Positions 37,465-46,000 of a stretch of 64,000 bases of DNA are shown here, piece by piece; positions within the stretch are counted from its first letter, which is position 1; each line of letters starts with the position of its first letter. The translations under genes and the position numbers were made by a program. This stretch comes from Candidatus Liptonbacteria bacterium (GTDB taxonomy: Bacteria; Patescibacteriota; Minisyncoccia; UBA6257; 2-01-FULL-56-20), in contig JAHFLL010000001.1 of NCBI GenBank assembly GCA_023244895.1, forward strand, positions 404,741 through 468,740, read 5' to 3'. The notes under the pieces were generated by a model. The model had not been told where the DNA came from. It worked only from the letters and a program-made list of their open reading frames with translations, and did not search any database.

Positions 37465-38475
37465 TTATCTTGCTTTATGGGATAGCTCAAATAACTTGTC
37501 CTTTATGCTTTCAAACTGGGCTCTAGTAATTGGATATGGTGTACCCCCGCCATGATTGAAAGAGTTTGAAAATGGCTCGCTGAATTCTCCCTGTTTCCCA
37601 AATTTCAGCTCAATATCCTTCTTGGACTTTTTCTTTATCTCAAAATCAACAAAGTGAGGCCAGTGCCGGTTATTTATTTCCAGGGTCCTTCTCTGATCTT
37701 CAAAAAATGTCCCCCTGTGGTTGTCGAGCGCCATATAATACGGTTCGACAATACTGCAAATGTAGTATCTGTAAATAGTTATCTCCGTCTTAGGGTTTTT
37801 GGGCATAGCCATACTATTCCCGGCCTTACCGAATATAAAAAGTATCTTGTCGCCTTTCTGCATATCCAGAATATGCGGCAATGCTTTTGCATGCTGTCGG
37901 AATGCCCAGAACGGCTTAGAGGGCTTACTCTTGAGCATCCTATCAAAGTTCTTCACCGCAGGGCCATTGGCTCCTCCTTTTAAGAATACGACCCAATATT
38001 GACTCTTGCTTGAAAGATTCTTGCTCTCGGCCTGATAAATTAGAGACTCCCGCGAGAGCCGAGAAATATTTTCCGCGACCCAATCGGCAAAATCATCATG
38101 GTCAATGGCTACAACGTCTATCCCCTCATATGTCTTTAAATCAGTCTCCCCAAGGACAACAACAAAACCATCTTTTTCTTTTATATATCTTTTCTGATTG
38201 TCTTTCTTAAAATCGGTTAAATGCCATTTGACCTCTACCGGTATGCCGTTCTGCCGTTTTTTAAAAAAGATCTCCAGGTCGGCTCGATAACGAGCTTCTG
38301 TCTTGGACCCTTCGGGTACAATAAGATTTATCTGATCTTTTTGGAGTCTTTCCGGAAGCAATTTTCTCCTCTGGCCAGAATCACCAAAATAATATCTTTC
38401 GAAAAGATAACGGTGGATCAGCTTTTCGTTAAAGGCATTTCGGTTGATCTTTTTGAAGATATCCAGTCCGCTCAT
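37465..38475 (-). CDS. Putative PD-(D/E)XK nuclease fused to EVE/PUA-like domain
   Basis: N-terminal E...RADL...VEVKW; C-terminal YWVV..NF....FWAF....MQKGDKILFI. Confidence 0.55.
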   Translation of the reverse strand: MSGLDIFKKINRNAFNEKLIHRYLFERYYFGDSGQRRKLLPERLQKDQINLIVPEGSKTEARYRADLEIFFKKRQNGIPVEVKWHLTDFKKDNQKRYIKEKDGFVVVLGETDLKTYEGIDVVAIDHDDFADWVAENISRLSRESLIYQAESKNLSSKSQYWVVFLKGGANGPAVKNFDRMLKSKPSKPFWAFRQHAKALPHILDMQKGDKILFIFGKAGNSMAMPKNPKTEITIYRYYICSIVEPYYMALDNHRGTFFEDQRRTLEINNRHWPHFVDFEIKKKSKKDIELKFGKQGEFSEPFSNSFNHGGGTPYPITRAQFESIKDKLFELSHKAR

Positions 38476-38639
38476 TAAAATCTCTTATGTTTTTTATGAC
38501 CTACCCCTTCTTCCAATCCCTGATGGTGAATCCGCCGGGGGGAAGTTTTGGGCTCTTATTTACCTTAAATAATATGCCCCTCTTTTGGCTTTAGCAAGAA
38601 TAAAATTCAAGGCAGTAAGTAGATAGTAGCAAGTAGTAG

Positions 38640-38695
38640 GTAGAAGGCGGAGTATATAAAAAAGAACCAGCCCCGGACGCGCGTCGCGCCGGGGC
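38640..38695. repeat. 56-bp direct repeat copy 1 with bulged GC hairpin
   Basis: gtagaaggcggagtatataaaaaagaaccagccccggacgcgcgtcgcgccggggc; 54/56 identical to 39967-40022. Confidence 0.9.
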
Positions 38696-38726
38696 CGGAA
38701 TAGAATCCGTCTGACTTCTCCGCCAC

Positions 38727-39614
38727 TTACGCCGCTTCGCTCCGGCGGTAGAGCTCGAAGAACCTGAGGAAGATCTTGGCGACACGCCGGCGGACCGGCG
38801 GGCTCTTCAAGACCCTCACGACCTCCTCGTGATTGGTCGCGTTTGTGCCATCCTTCTTGGTTGTATTGGACACGATGGAAACGGCGAGCGTGCGCAGACC
38901 GCGATTGGTCGCGACGATCACTTCGGGCGCGGTAGACATGCCCATCGCGTCCCCGCCCAGAATCCGAATCGCACGGACCTCCGCGGGGGTCTCGTAGGTC
39001 CGTCCGGTCTGGACGAAGAGCACGCCCCTGTGGACACGCCGAGACTCTCGCACGATTGCGGCCGCGCGGTGGAACATACTGCGCAGCTTCAGGTCGTACG
39101 TGCCGACCTTGGGGTACATGGGCTGGAAGTACCAGTTGCTCCCAAAGTCCAAATGCGGTCCGAGAAGCGGGTTGGGCATCGCGAGAGCGATGTGGTCCGT
39201 GACCACCATCAGATCTCCGACCTTGTAGGACATGTTCGCCGCGCCGACTGCGTTGGTCGACATGTAGATCTGGACACCGAGCTCCGCCATCACCTGGACG
39301 GCGAGGGTAACCCACCACATCGCCCGCGGGTCGGGAGCGGCGTTGTAGTAGTGCTCCCGGCCGGACAAGGCGAAAACGGGCACGCCAGCGATGGTCCCGT
39401 AGATCAGCTCGCCCTTGTGCCCCGGAGCGCTCACGCCCGGGAAACCGGGAATCAGCCGATACGGGATCACAACCTCCTTCACCATCTGCTCGGCGAGGTC
39501 GTCCATCCCCGAGCCTAGCGTGAGCGAAATCTTGGGCATGGGGCCATTCACCCTGCTCCGGATGTAGGCTGCCGCCGCCCGAACCTTGGCCACGTAGACT
39601 TTCGGCGAGATCAT
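38727..39614 (-). CDS. punA: Purine nucleoside phosphorylase (trimeric PNP family)
   Basis: LGSG, IPGFP..S.PGH.G, GR.H.Y, TNAVG, YETPAE, GMST.PE; GC-rich; GGGAGG SD. Confidence 0.9.
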   Translation of the reverse strand: MISPKVYVAKVRAAAAYIRSRVNGPMPKISLTLGSGMDDLAEQMVKEVVIPYRLIPGFPGVSAPGHKGELIYGTIAGVPVFALSGREHYYNAAPDPRAMWWVTLAVQVMAELGVQIYMSTNAVGAANMSYKVGDLMVVTDHIALAMPNPLLGPHLDFGSNWYFQPMYPKVGTYDLKLRSMFHRAAAIVRESRRVHRGVLFVQTGRTYETPAEVRAIRILGGDAMGMSTAPEVIVATNRGLRTLAVSIVSNTTKKDGTNATNHEEVVRVLKSPPVRRRVAKIFLRFFELYRRSEAA

Positions 39615-39842
39615 CTCTCAGTCCCTCCCTGTTATGCCTCACGGAATAATATCAAAACCGTTTCGGATAGCTCCTCGCGGCTCATCACATCATTATGCAG
39701 TCAGGTATAAAAATCAATGTAGTAAGCGAAAGTAGAGGCTAGTAGCTAGAAGGTAGTAGGTAGCGAGCAAAATGAACCTAAACGGGAAAACACTGCTCAT
39801 CTCTCACTAACCCTATCTCCCCCAACTCACACCCCCGTGGTG

Positions 39843-39904
39843 GGTACTATACTACGGTATAGCGGAGGATAGTAGGTAGAATATATAAGGTAGAAGTTGG
39901 AAGA
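39843..39904 (+). repeat. Boundary element copy B: ACTATACT-AC-GGTATAGC plus heptamer tail
   Basis: Inverted homolog of copy A at 31345-31423. Confidence 0.75.
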
Positions 39905-39966
39905 TGGGAAGTGGTAGGTAAAAAGCGAGGGGTAGAAGTTAGAAGATAGAAGTTGGAAGGTAGAAA

Positions 39967-40022
39967 GTAGAATGCGGAGTATATAAGAAAGAACCAGCCC
40001 CGGACGCGCGTCGCGCCGGGGC
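39967..40022. repeat. 56-bp direct repeat copy 2
   Basis: 54/56 identical to 38640-38695. Confidence 0.9.
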
Positions 40023-40041
40023 GGTCAATCTCATCATCCTA

Positions 40042-40746
40042 CTAGTCATAGAAGCGCGTCACCGGGGAGTAGTGCTCCCGGATGAAGGCGTTGAAGCAGG
40101 GACCTTCCTTCTGGCCACAGGCAAGCCAGCCTCTATACATAGTGGCACCGACCGGGTCCAGGTTGCGGCCCGCCCTCACTAGAGCAGAGACGGTATAGCG
40201 GCAGGTCCTGTCCCATGCGGTGACCTCGGAGGCGATCAGCGCCTCCTTACCGTCCACGTTGTCACAGCCACTCGCAAGATGCTCCAGCTCGTGGAGAAGA
40301 CCGATCACGATCGAGACTTCGAAGGTCTGCGGCGTGACCTTTCCGCTTCGATAGAACTGTAGCTGGGCCGGTACGAAGATCCGGAGCACGGGATTGCCAC
40401 CCCGAGCATCGCAACCGGCCAAGACGTCTCTGGAGCGGTTATTGAAGGACGTGCTGGCCTCGATGGCGAACACCTTGCCGTAGCGCTCAGCGCTCCGCCT
40501 GGAGAGCTCCAGATAACGGTTGTTGATGTCCGAAACCGAATACCTGGCCCGGAGCACCTCCTCCATCACGGTCCGGTTGAAGTGGGAGTCCCAGAACGCG
40601 TGGAGCTCCTCGTCCGAGAACTTGCGCTCCACCCTCTCCGCCACGGTGGGGGTGGGTTCATTCTTCTTGTCTATGGGGCAACCAAGAACCAGAAGAATGG
40701 TCGTCAGAAACAGGATGCGCGCCGTTCTTCCGCGTCGCATGGACAC
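40042..40746 (-). CDS. Putative lipoprotein with HExxH zincin motif
   Basis: Basic N-terminus, hydrophobic stretch ending LVLGC; LLHELEH; GGGGAGG SD; GC-rich. Confidence 0.7.
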   Translation of the reverse strand: MSMRRGRTARILFLTTILLVLGCPIDKKNEPTPTVAERVERKFSDEELHAFWDSHFNRTVMEEVLRARYSVSDINNRYLELSRRSAERYGKVFAIEASTSFNNRSRDVLAGCDARGGNPVLRIFVPAQLQFYRSGKVTPQTFEVSIVIGLLHELEHLASGCDNVDGKEALIASEVTAWDRTCRYTVSALVRAGRNLDPVGATMYRGWLACGQKEGPCFNAFIREHYSPVTRFYD

Positions 40747-41030
40747 AGGTTGCCTCCCCTATTGTTTTGCCGTCATTGCGGCGATGGTAAACGAACCGAC
40801 CATATAATACAATTTTTCATGTAAAACACAAGATAACCCTCTTTCATTAATTATCTAGCCCCTCACGTCCCCAGCTTGACTAGGACATAGCACCAGGTAA
40901 CAAGTAGTGGCTAGTAATTAGTATTGAATAACGGTGAGTTAGAAGACGGTGGTTGGTAGTTAGAACGTGGAAAGTGGAACGTAGAACTACTGCCACTACT
41001 ACAATCATAATTCCGCTTACTCATCCATCA

Positions 41031-41063
41031 ACCCCCACAGTGGGCACTATACTACGGTATAGT
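41031..41063 (+). repeat. Palindrome copy C: acccccacagtgggc-ACTATACTACGGTATAGT
   Basis: Matches copy B including the upstream ACCCCC...GTGGG; abuts TTATCCACA. Confidence 0.75.
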
Positions 41064-41152
41064 TATCCACAGATAGGCATTGACGCACAGACTGGACGGC
41101 TATAGTTTTAAATCAGCCCCCGAAACGTTAACCTCTTTCAAGGAGCAGTGTC

Positions 41153-41392
41153 ATGGGTAGCAACAACACGCCACGGTACGAGGAAGACACTCGGCAGGTC
41201 TCCTCGGCCACCAGTGCGGCGGGCATGGCAGCGGCAGTCATGATTGCCGGGCCGTTCGCAGCGCTGTTCGTCGATCCGAACGACAAGTGGGAGCACACCA
41301 TCACCGATACCCAGACTGGTAACCAGGTTGTGGGTACCGGGAGCACCCCGCAAGAAGCTCGCGACGAAGCCCTGGGCAACATGCGTCGCTAA
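41153..41392 (+). CDS. Orphan small protein
   Basis: TTGACG at 41080, AAGGAG SD, terminator-like ccccgg...ccggggttttt at ~41515-41546. Confidence 0.65.
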   Translation: MGSNNTPRYEEDTRQVSSATSAAGMAAAVMIAGPFAALFVDPNDKWEHTITDTQTGNQVVGTGSTPQEARDEALGNMRR

Positions 41393-41564
41393 TCGTTTAG
41401 CGAACATCCAGCCCGGATATAAAAAGAGGTACAGACACAAAAGTAAGGCAAGAAAGGGGCAAAATAGCCCGCCGCAATTAGCGGAAAATCCACAAGGCGC
41501 ATATTACGCGCGAGCCCCGGCTATTGCTAACGCACCCGGGGTTTTTGAATATTAAAATCAACAC

Positions 41565-41607
41565 AAAAAGCGAGACCCCGGACGCAGCACGATGCTGGCC
41601 GGGGCCC
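41565..41607 (-). terminator. Third, divergent copy of the CCCCGGAC...CCGGGG bulged hairpin
   Basis: ccccgg-a-c-g-cagca-cga-tgctg-g-ccgggg just 3' of the Zn-finger pair. Confidence 0.6.
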
Positions 41608-41631
41608 GAACTCTTCTCCACGCACAGAACG

Positions 41632-41895
41632 CTATTGCGGAGGCCAGATGGACTCGTCCTCGCAGACGGGACACTCGTAGCGATCTCCTCGCCTGGCCGA
41701 CTCTGGCAACTGCTTGTCGCAATTGGGGCAGACCGGTACCAAAACAGTGTCCTCGTTGGCGGGCAGTCGGCAACATTGCGGGCAGTAGCCCGCAACCTTG
41801 CCGTTTCGATCTTCTACCCTCTCCAGCAACCCTCCGCACGCCTTGTGCGCGGACCACCACTCTGTCGGCTTCAAGGCGATCGCCAGAACGCTCAT
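41632..41895 (-). CDS. Orphan Zn-ribbon protein
   Basis: HKAC, CPQC, CPNC, CPVC; GGGAGGAG SD. Confidence 0.65.
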   Translation of the reverse strand: MSVLAIALKPTEWWSAHKACGGLLERVEDRNGKVAGYCPQCCRLPANEDTVLVPVCPNCDKQLPESARRGDRYECPVCEDESIWPPQ

Positions 41896-41908
41896 CCGAT
41901 TCTCCTCC

Positions 41909-42118
41909 CTAGCACCTGGTGCAGGATGTCACGGTGCAGTAGGTCTTGGATTCCGGTCCGCCGCTTCTGCGAGCGCTGTCGTTGCAGCCCTCGCAGACCA
42001 GGGCGTTTCCACCCCGGACCAGACCCGCGCCATTGCAGTGCGAGCACTTCTCGCCCTTCTTCCCGCCGCTCCCTCGGCAGAAGGAGCAATTCATGACCGG
42101 GACGTCTCCGAGCGCCAT
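41909..42118 (-). CDS. Orphan DnaJ-type zinc-finger protein
   Basis: CSFCRGSG, CSHCNGAG, CEGC, C..C..C; GGGGGA before ATG 42118. Confidence 0.65.
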   Translation of the reverse strand: MALGDVPVMNCSFCRGSGGKKGEKCSHCNGAGLVRGGNALVCEGCNDSARRSGGPESKTYCTVTSCTRC

Positions 42119-42200
42119 GATGTCCCCCAATCCAGACACGGGATGTGTCTGCTGGAGATAGATTTTGATACAACCAGAAACAAAGTCAACGCCCAAGCGG

Positions 42201-43688
42201 TTAAAGCTCTCCCAAATCCAAGGTCTGGTCTATTCTTATTTTTTGCACAAAGTCCGGCACGTGGCTGACTAATATCATCGCGCCCTCGTAGCGATGTAAG
42301 GCTTCCGCTATAACCGGGATGTGGCGAAAGTTGATGTGATTAGTGGGTTCGTCCAAAATCAATAAACCCGGATGCTGTAAAGTAATTGCCGCAAAAGCAA
42401 CCAGGCCCTTTTGCCCTTCGGACAGAGCTCCTATCTTAGTTTTTAAAATATTGGCGTCCAATAAAAAGCCCGCCGCGTGAGAACGCAAAGACTCTATCGT
42501 CCCGCCCCGCACCACATCTTTTAGAGCGTCGTAAACGGTCTGCTCAAAATCCAGGGTGGAAAAATCCTGACGATAATACCCAACTCGAATCCCCTCCTGT
42601 ATATGCTCTCCCTTGGCGTGACCACTCGCGAGTTTTTCCAAGAGGGTTGTCTTGCCGATACCATTCGGTCCGGCAAGCAAGAGATGCTCTTTCTTTTTGA
42701 GGTCAATCTTAACTTTCTTTACGACCGGCTTGTGGTCTCTAATAACCGAGACCGAAGAAAGGCTCAAAATAACTCCGGTAATATCTTCCTGGCAGGGAAT
42801 GAAAAATTTACGAATAGTTTTATCTTCCTGACGTCCCTCCACCATATCGCCTTCCAGCTCCACTATTTTCTCATTCATCTTACGCGCCACGTCACGCATA
42901 TGCCCTCCCTTCTGAGCGAAAAAGTTGGCCTGCTCTTTACGGTGCGCGATATCTTTTTCCAGGCGCACATTTTTCATTCTTTCTCTCTCCAGGCGCGCCT
43001 TAATTTCTTCCACCACCGCCAGATAGTTGCCGGGGTACTGCTCCACCTTGCGGGTAAAGCTGTCCAAATAAAGCACTCCATGCGTAAAAGCATTCAAAAA
43101 ATCGGCGTCGTGCGAAATAACAATACAGGTTTTTTTATAATCAATTAGAAACTGGGTTAAGTGCGCGATGCCCTGCTTGTCCAAATTGTTGGTCGGCTCG
43201 TCGAGCAACAGAATATCCGAATCCTGAATCAACGCCTGGGCCAAGAGAATTCTGGCTTGCTGGCCTCCGGAAAAGGTCTTGAGCGCGCGCGTGAGCGGAG
43301 CGGAAAGATGCACCGCTTCCAAAACCTTTTTTACCCTGGGCTCAATATCATAAATCTTTTTAGGGAAGGCGCGCTCAAAAAATTCCAAAACGGAAAGTTC
43401 CAGTTCGCTCCGCGCGATAACCTGGCGGGCGGTCGCAATGCTTAAGCCCTTTTCCACTATCACGTCTCCCTCCTCCGGGGGAAGTTCTCCGGTGATAAGC
43501 TTAAAGATGGTGCTTTTGCCCGCACCATTCTGACCCATTAAAGTAACTTTCGCGCCACGACGCACGGAAAAGCTGGCGCCCGATAGGATTGGCTTTTGAT
43601 GTCCAAACTCAAAAACCACCTCATTGAAGCGAATAATCACCTCGCCGTGGACCGGCTTGGTCTCGATTGTAGCGGAAACTGGTTTCAT
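42201..43688 (-). CDS. ABC-F family ATPase
   Basis: Two NBDs (GQNGAGKST/FSGGQ/DEPTN; GPNGIGKT/LSEGQ/DEPTNH), no TM. Confidence 0.93.
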   Translation of the reverse strand: MKPVSATIETKPVHGEVIIRFNEVVFEFGHQKPILSGASFSVRRGAKVTLMGQNGAGKSTIFKLITGELPPEEGDVIVEKGLSIATARQVIARSELELSVLEFFERAFPKKIYDIEPRVKKVLEAVHLSAPLTRALKTFSGGQQARILLAQALIQDSDILLLDEPTNNLDKQGIAHLTQFLIDYKKTCIVISHDADFLNAFTHGVLYLDSFTRKVEQYPGNYLAVVEEIKARLERERMKNVRLEKDIAHRKEQANFFAQKGGHMRDVARKMNEKIVELEGDMVEGRQEDKTIRKFFIPCQEDITGVILSLSSVSVIRDHKPVVKKVKIDLKKKEHLLLAGPNGIGKTTLLEKLASGHAKGEHIQEGIRVGYYRQDFSTLDFEQTVYDALKDVVRGGTIESLRSHAAGFLLDANILKTKIGALSEGQKGLVAFAAITLQHPGLLILDEPTNHINFRHIPVIAEALHRYEGAMILVSHVPDFVQKIRIDQTLDLGEL

Positions 43689-43785
43689 AGAAAATTAAGA
43701 CCCCCAAAATTGGGGGCGAACCACCAAAAGACAGCCTGATTATATCAGATATGAGATAAAATGCCAATGCCCGAGGACCCTAGCC

Positions 43786-44121
43786 TTATTCCCCGGGACA
43801 CCTGGCAAACTCGCAATTCGGACCAGTTCTTGCAACAGAGGATCCATCCGCGCAAAGCTTGGCCTCTTGCGTGCAAATAGACGCTCCCCCGCCTACATTT
43901 AAGGGGCCCGGAGCTACCGCTCTGGGGCATTCGGCGAATTCACAGTTAGGACCGGTTCTGCCTACCGCCGAACCATCCGGACATATTTTTGCCTCTTGTG
44001 TACATCCACGCGTGTTCCCGCCATCCGCATAATCTGATTTTCTATACGAAAGAAACAGCGCCATAACGGCCAAGACGACCACCACCGCTCCAACCATCAA
44101 AATCGTAAATCTACTATTCAT
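43786..44121 (-). CDS. Membrane-anchored protein with two CTQEAK.C.DGS.V.RTGPNCEFA.CP repeats
   Basis: Duplicated 27-aa four-Cys module after a TM helix. Confidence 0.8.
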   Translation of the reverse strand: MNSRFTILMVGAVVVVLAVMALFLSYRKSDYADGGNTRGCTQEAKICPDGSAVGRTGPNCEFAECPRAVAPGPLNVGGGASICTQEAKLCADGSSVARTGPNCEFARCPGE

Positions 44122-44122
44122 T

Positions 44123-45322
44123 TTATTTATCTTTGTCTTTATTTTTTTTATCCACGACCTTTTTCTCCGCAACCGTGCCCGAGCGGAGGACCATCTTTAG
44201 GTATTTATTACGAGATAATTTCTCTGGCAAGAAACTTTCCGCTCCGTAAGGCTTGTAGTTCTTGCCATAGCCCAACTCCTTCATAAGATCGGTGGGCGCG
44301 TTACGTACTACAAGTGGTACGGGCAAGTTTCCAAACTTCTTTACATCCGCCATGGCCATAAGGTAAGCGTCGTAAGAATTTCGGTTCTTCTGCGCAAGCG
44401 CGAGGTAAGACACGCCGTGCGCCAAGTTTATGGCCGCTTCCGGCAAACCCACCGTTTCCACCGCGCGAAAAACCGCGTTCGCGACCAGAAGCGCGGTAGG
44501 GTGCGCTAGCCCGATGTCTTCCGAAGCAAATACCACCATCCTGCGCGCGATAAACTTGGGGTCCTCGCCGGACTCCACCATGCGCGCCAGGTAATAAAGC
44601 GCCGCATCCGGCTGACTAGCGCGCATACTTTTTATAAAAGCACTAATAACGTTGTAATGCTCATCTCCCTTCTTGTCGAAACGCAAGAATTTATTCTGAA
44701 CCGTATTTTTAAGCGCCTCCAGGTCTATTTTACTATAAAGCGCGGCGGCATTTTCCAGAACGGTGATGGCCTGGCGGGCGTCGCCATTTGCCATGCGCAC
44801 CAGCCAATCCTTCGCGTCCTTGGGTAATTTGATTCCGGTTCTCTTAATTATCTCTCCGATTTCGCCGTCCGATAGTTCGTTCAGAACAAAGACTCGACAA
44901 CGGGAAAGGAGGGCGGGAATAATTTCAAAACTGGGATTCTCGGTGGTGGCCCCGATCAAAACCAAATTTCCCCGCTCCACGTGGGGCAATAAGAAATCCT
45001 GCTGGGCTTTATTGAAACGATGAATCTCGTCCAAAAACAGAATCCGGGGACCGCTCCGCAAGGAGTTATCGTTCACAATATTCTTGATATCCTCCTTACC
45101 CGCGGAAACGGCGGAAAGATCGTAAAGCTTAGCCTCCAAAGAATTGGCGTAGATACGCGCCAGGGTAGTCTTACCCACTCCGGGTGGACCCCAAAGTATA
45201 AAAGAAAAAACATGCTTATTCTTAATGGCAATATTAAGAGGCTTGCCCTCGCCTACCAGGTGCTCCTGCCCTACAAACTCTTTTAGGGTTTTGGGGCGTA
45301 TCTTTGATGCCAATGGCTCCAT
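44123..45322 (-). CDS. rarA: Replication-associated recombination protein A
   Basis: GPPGVGKT, DEIHRFNKAQQD, ATTENPSF, ISAFIKSMR, SEDIGLA. Confidence 0.96.
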   Translation of the reverse strand: MEPLASKIRPKTLKEFVGQEHLVGEGKPLNIAIKNKHVFSFILWGPPGVGKTTLARIYANSLEAKLYDLSAVSAGKEDIKNIVNDNSLRSGPRILFLDEIHRFNKAQQDFLLPHVERGNLVLIGATTENPSFEIIPALLSRCRVFVLNELSDGEIGEIIKRTGIKLPKDAKDWLVRMANGDARQAITVLENAAALYSKIDLEALKNTVQNKFLRFDKKGDEHYNVISAFIKSMRASQPDAALYYLARMVESGEDPKFIARRMVVFASEDIGLAHPTALLVANAVFRAVETVGLPEAAINLAHGVSYLALAQKNRNSYDAYLMAMADVKKFGNLPVPLVVRNAPTDLMKELGYGKNYKPYGAESFLPEKLSRNKYLKMVLRSGTVAEKKVVDKKNKDKDK

Positions 45323-45404
45323 AAGAAAATACTAACACCCTCGCGCCTAAAAGGCACAAGTTTATATATGCGCGATGTATATACGGCGGACCTCCAGAAA
45401 ATTT

Positions 45405-45926
45405 CTACTTTTTCTTTTTAGAAACCTCTTTTTTAGCCACCTTGGCTTTCTTTACAACTTTAACCACGCTCTTCGCATCCTTAGGAGCAGACTTGGTGGC
45501 GGGCCAAACTATTTCCGGCGCAGCTACTTTGGGAGTAGATGACGCGCGATTCGCGGCTCCTACCACCTCAATCAGCTTATCCAATTTGGACATAAGGCTA
45601 TCCAACTGACGCTTGATATCGTCTATGCGACGATCTTCCACCTTGGGCGCAAAAGCCTGAGGAGTCGGGGCGGAAAAATCACGCCGGGGAGACCTACCTT
45701 CTGGCGCGCCACCTCTGTTCAAACCAAAACAGTCGCTACAATAAACCGGGCGGGAACCGTTCGGTTTAAACGGAACCTCACATGATTTACCACACTTATC
45801 GCAAACTGCCGGAAATAACTGAGGCCTATCAAAGCTTCTGCCTTCGGGCCTGCCAAAACTCGGTCTACGATCAAAGCCGCCTCCACCACGTTCTCTCCTA
45901 AATCCTCCTTTTTTGAAATCTTTCAC
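45405..45926 (-). CDS. CxxC-x17-CxxC domain protein with RG-rich N-terminus and Lys-rich tail
   Basis: AVCDKCG..CEVPFKP...RPVYCSDCF. Confidence 0.88.
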   Translation of the reverse strand: MKDFKKGGFRRERGGGGFDRRPSFGRPEGRSFDRPQLFPAVCDKCGKSCEVPFKPNGSRPVYCSDCFGLNRGGAPEGRSPRRDFSAPTPQAFAPKVEDRRIDDIKRQLDSLMSKLDKLIEVVGAANRASSTPKVAAPEIVWPATKSAPKDAKSVVKVVKKAKVAKKEVSKKKK

Positions 45927-46000
45927 CTTCTTTGTTTATGACCTGACAACCTATCGACTACCACACCATAGCCTTTTCTTCGCTTTTCGGCAAGCAAAAC

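Noticed and set aside
38560-39642. 360-aa minus-strand ORF and 229-aa plus-strand ORF overlapping PNP
   Set aside because: Alternative-frame and antisense shadows of a GC-rich gene; Arg/Gly-rich with no motifs, whereas 38727..39614 has full PNP motifs and an SD.
38640-40022. Classical integron attC sites
   Set aside because: No RYYYAAC...GTTRRRY ends and no intI in the window; kept only as an analogy.
31340-41063. Possible CRISPR array from recurring repeats
   Set aside because: No constant-length repeat-spacer periodicity and no cas genes; repeats are heptamers or kb-spaced copies.
41450-41546. c-di-GMP-I riboswitch suggested by GGGCAAA
   Set aside because: No GNRA/receptor pair or GACGCAAAGC core, and it lies 3' of a gene; likely terminator region.
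41524-42268. Plus-strand ORFs of 106-190 aa
   Set aside because: Antisense shadows of the SD-led Cys-rich minus-strand genes.
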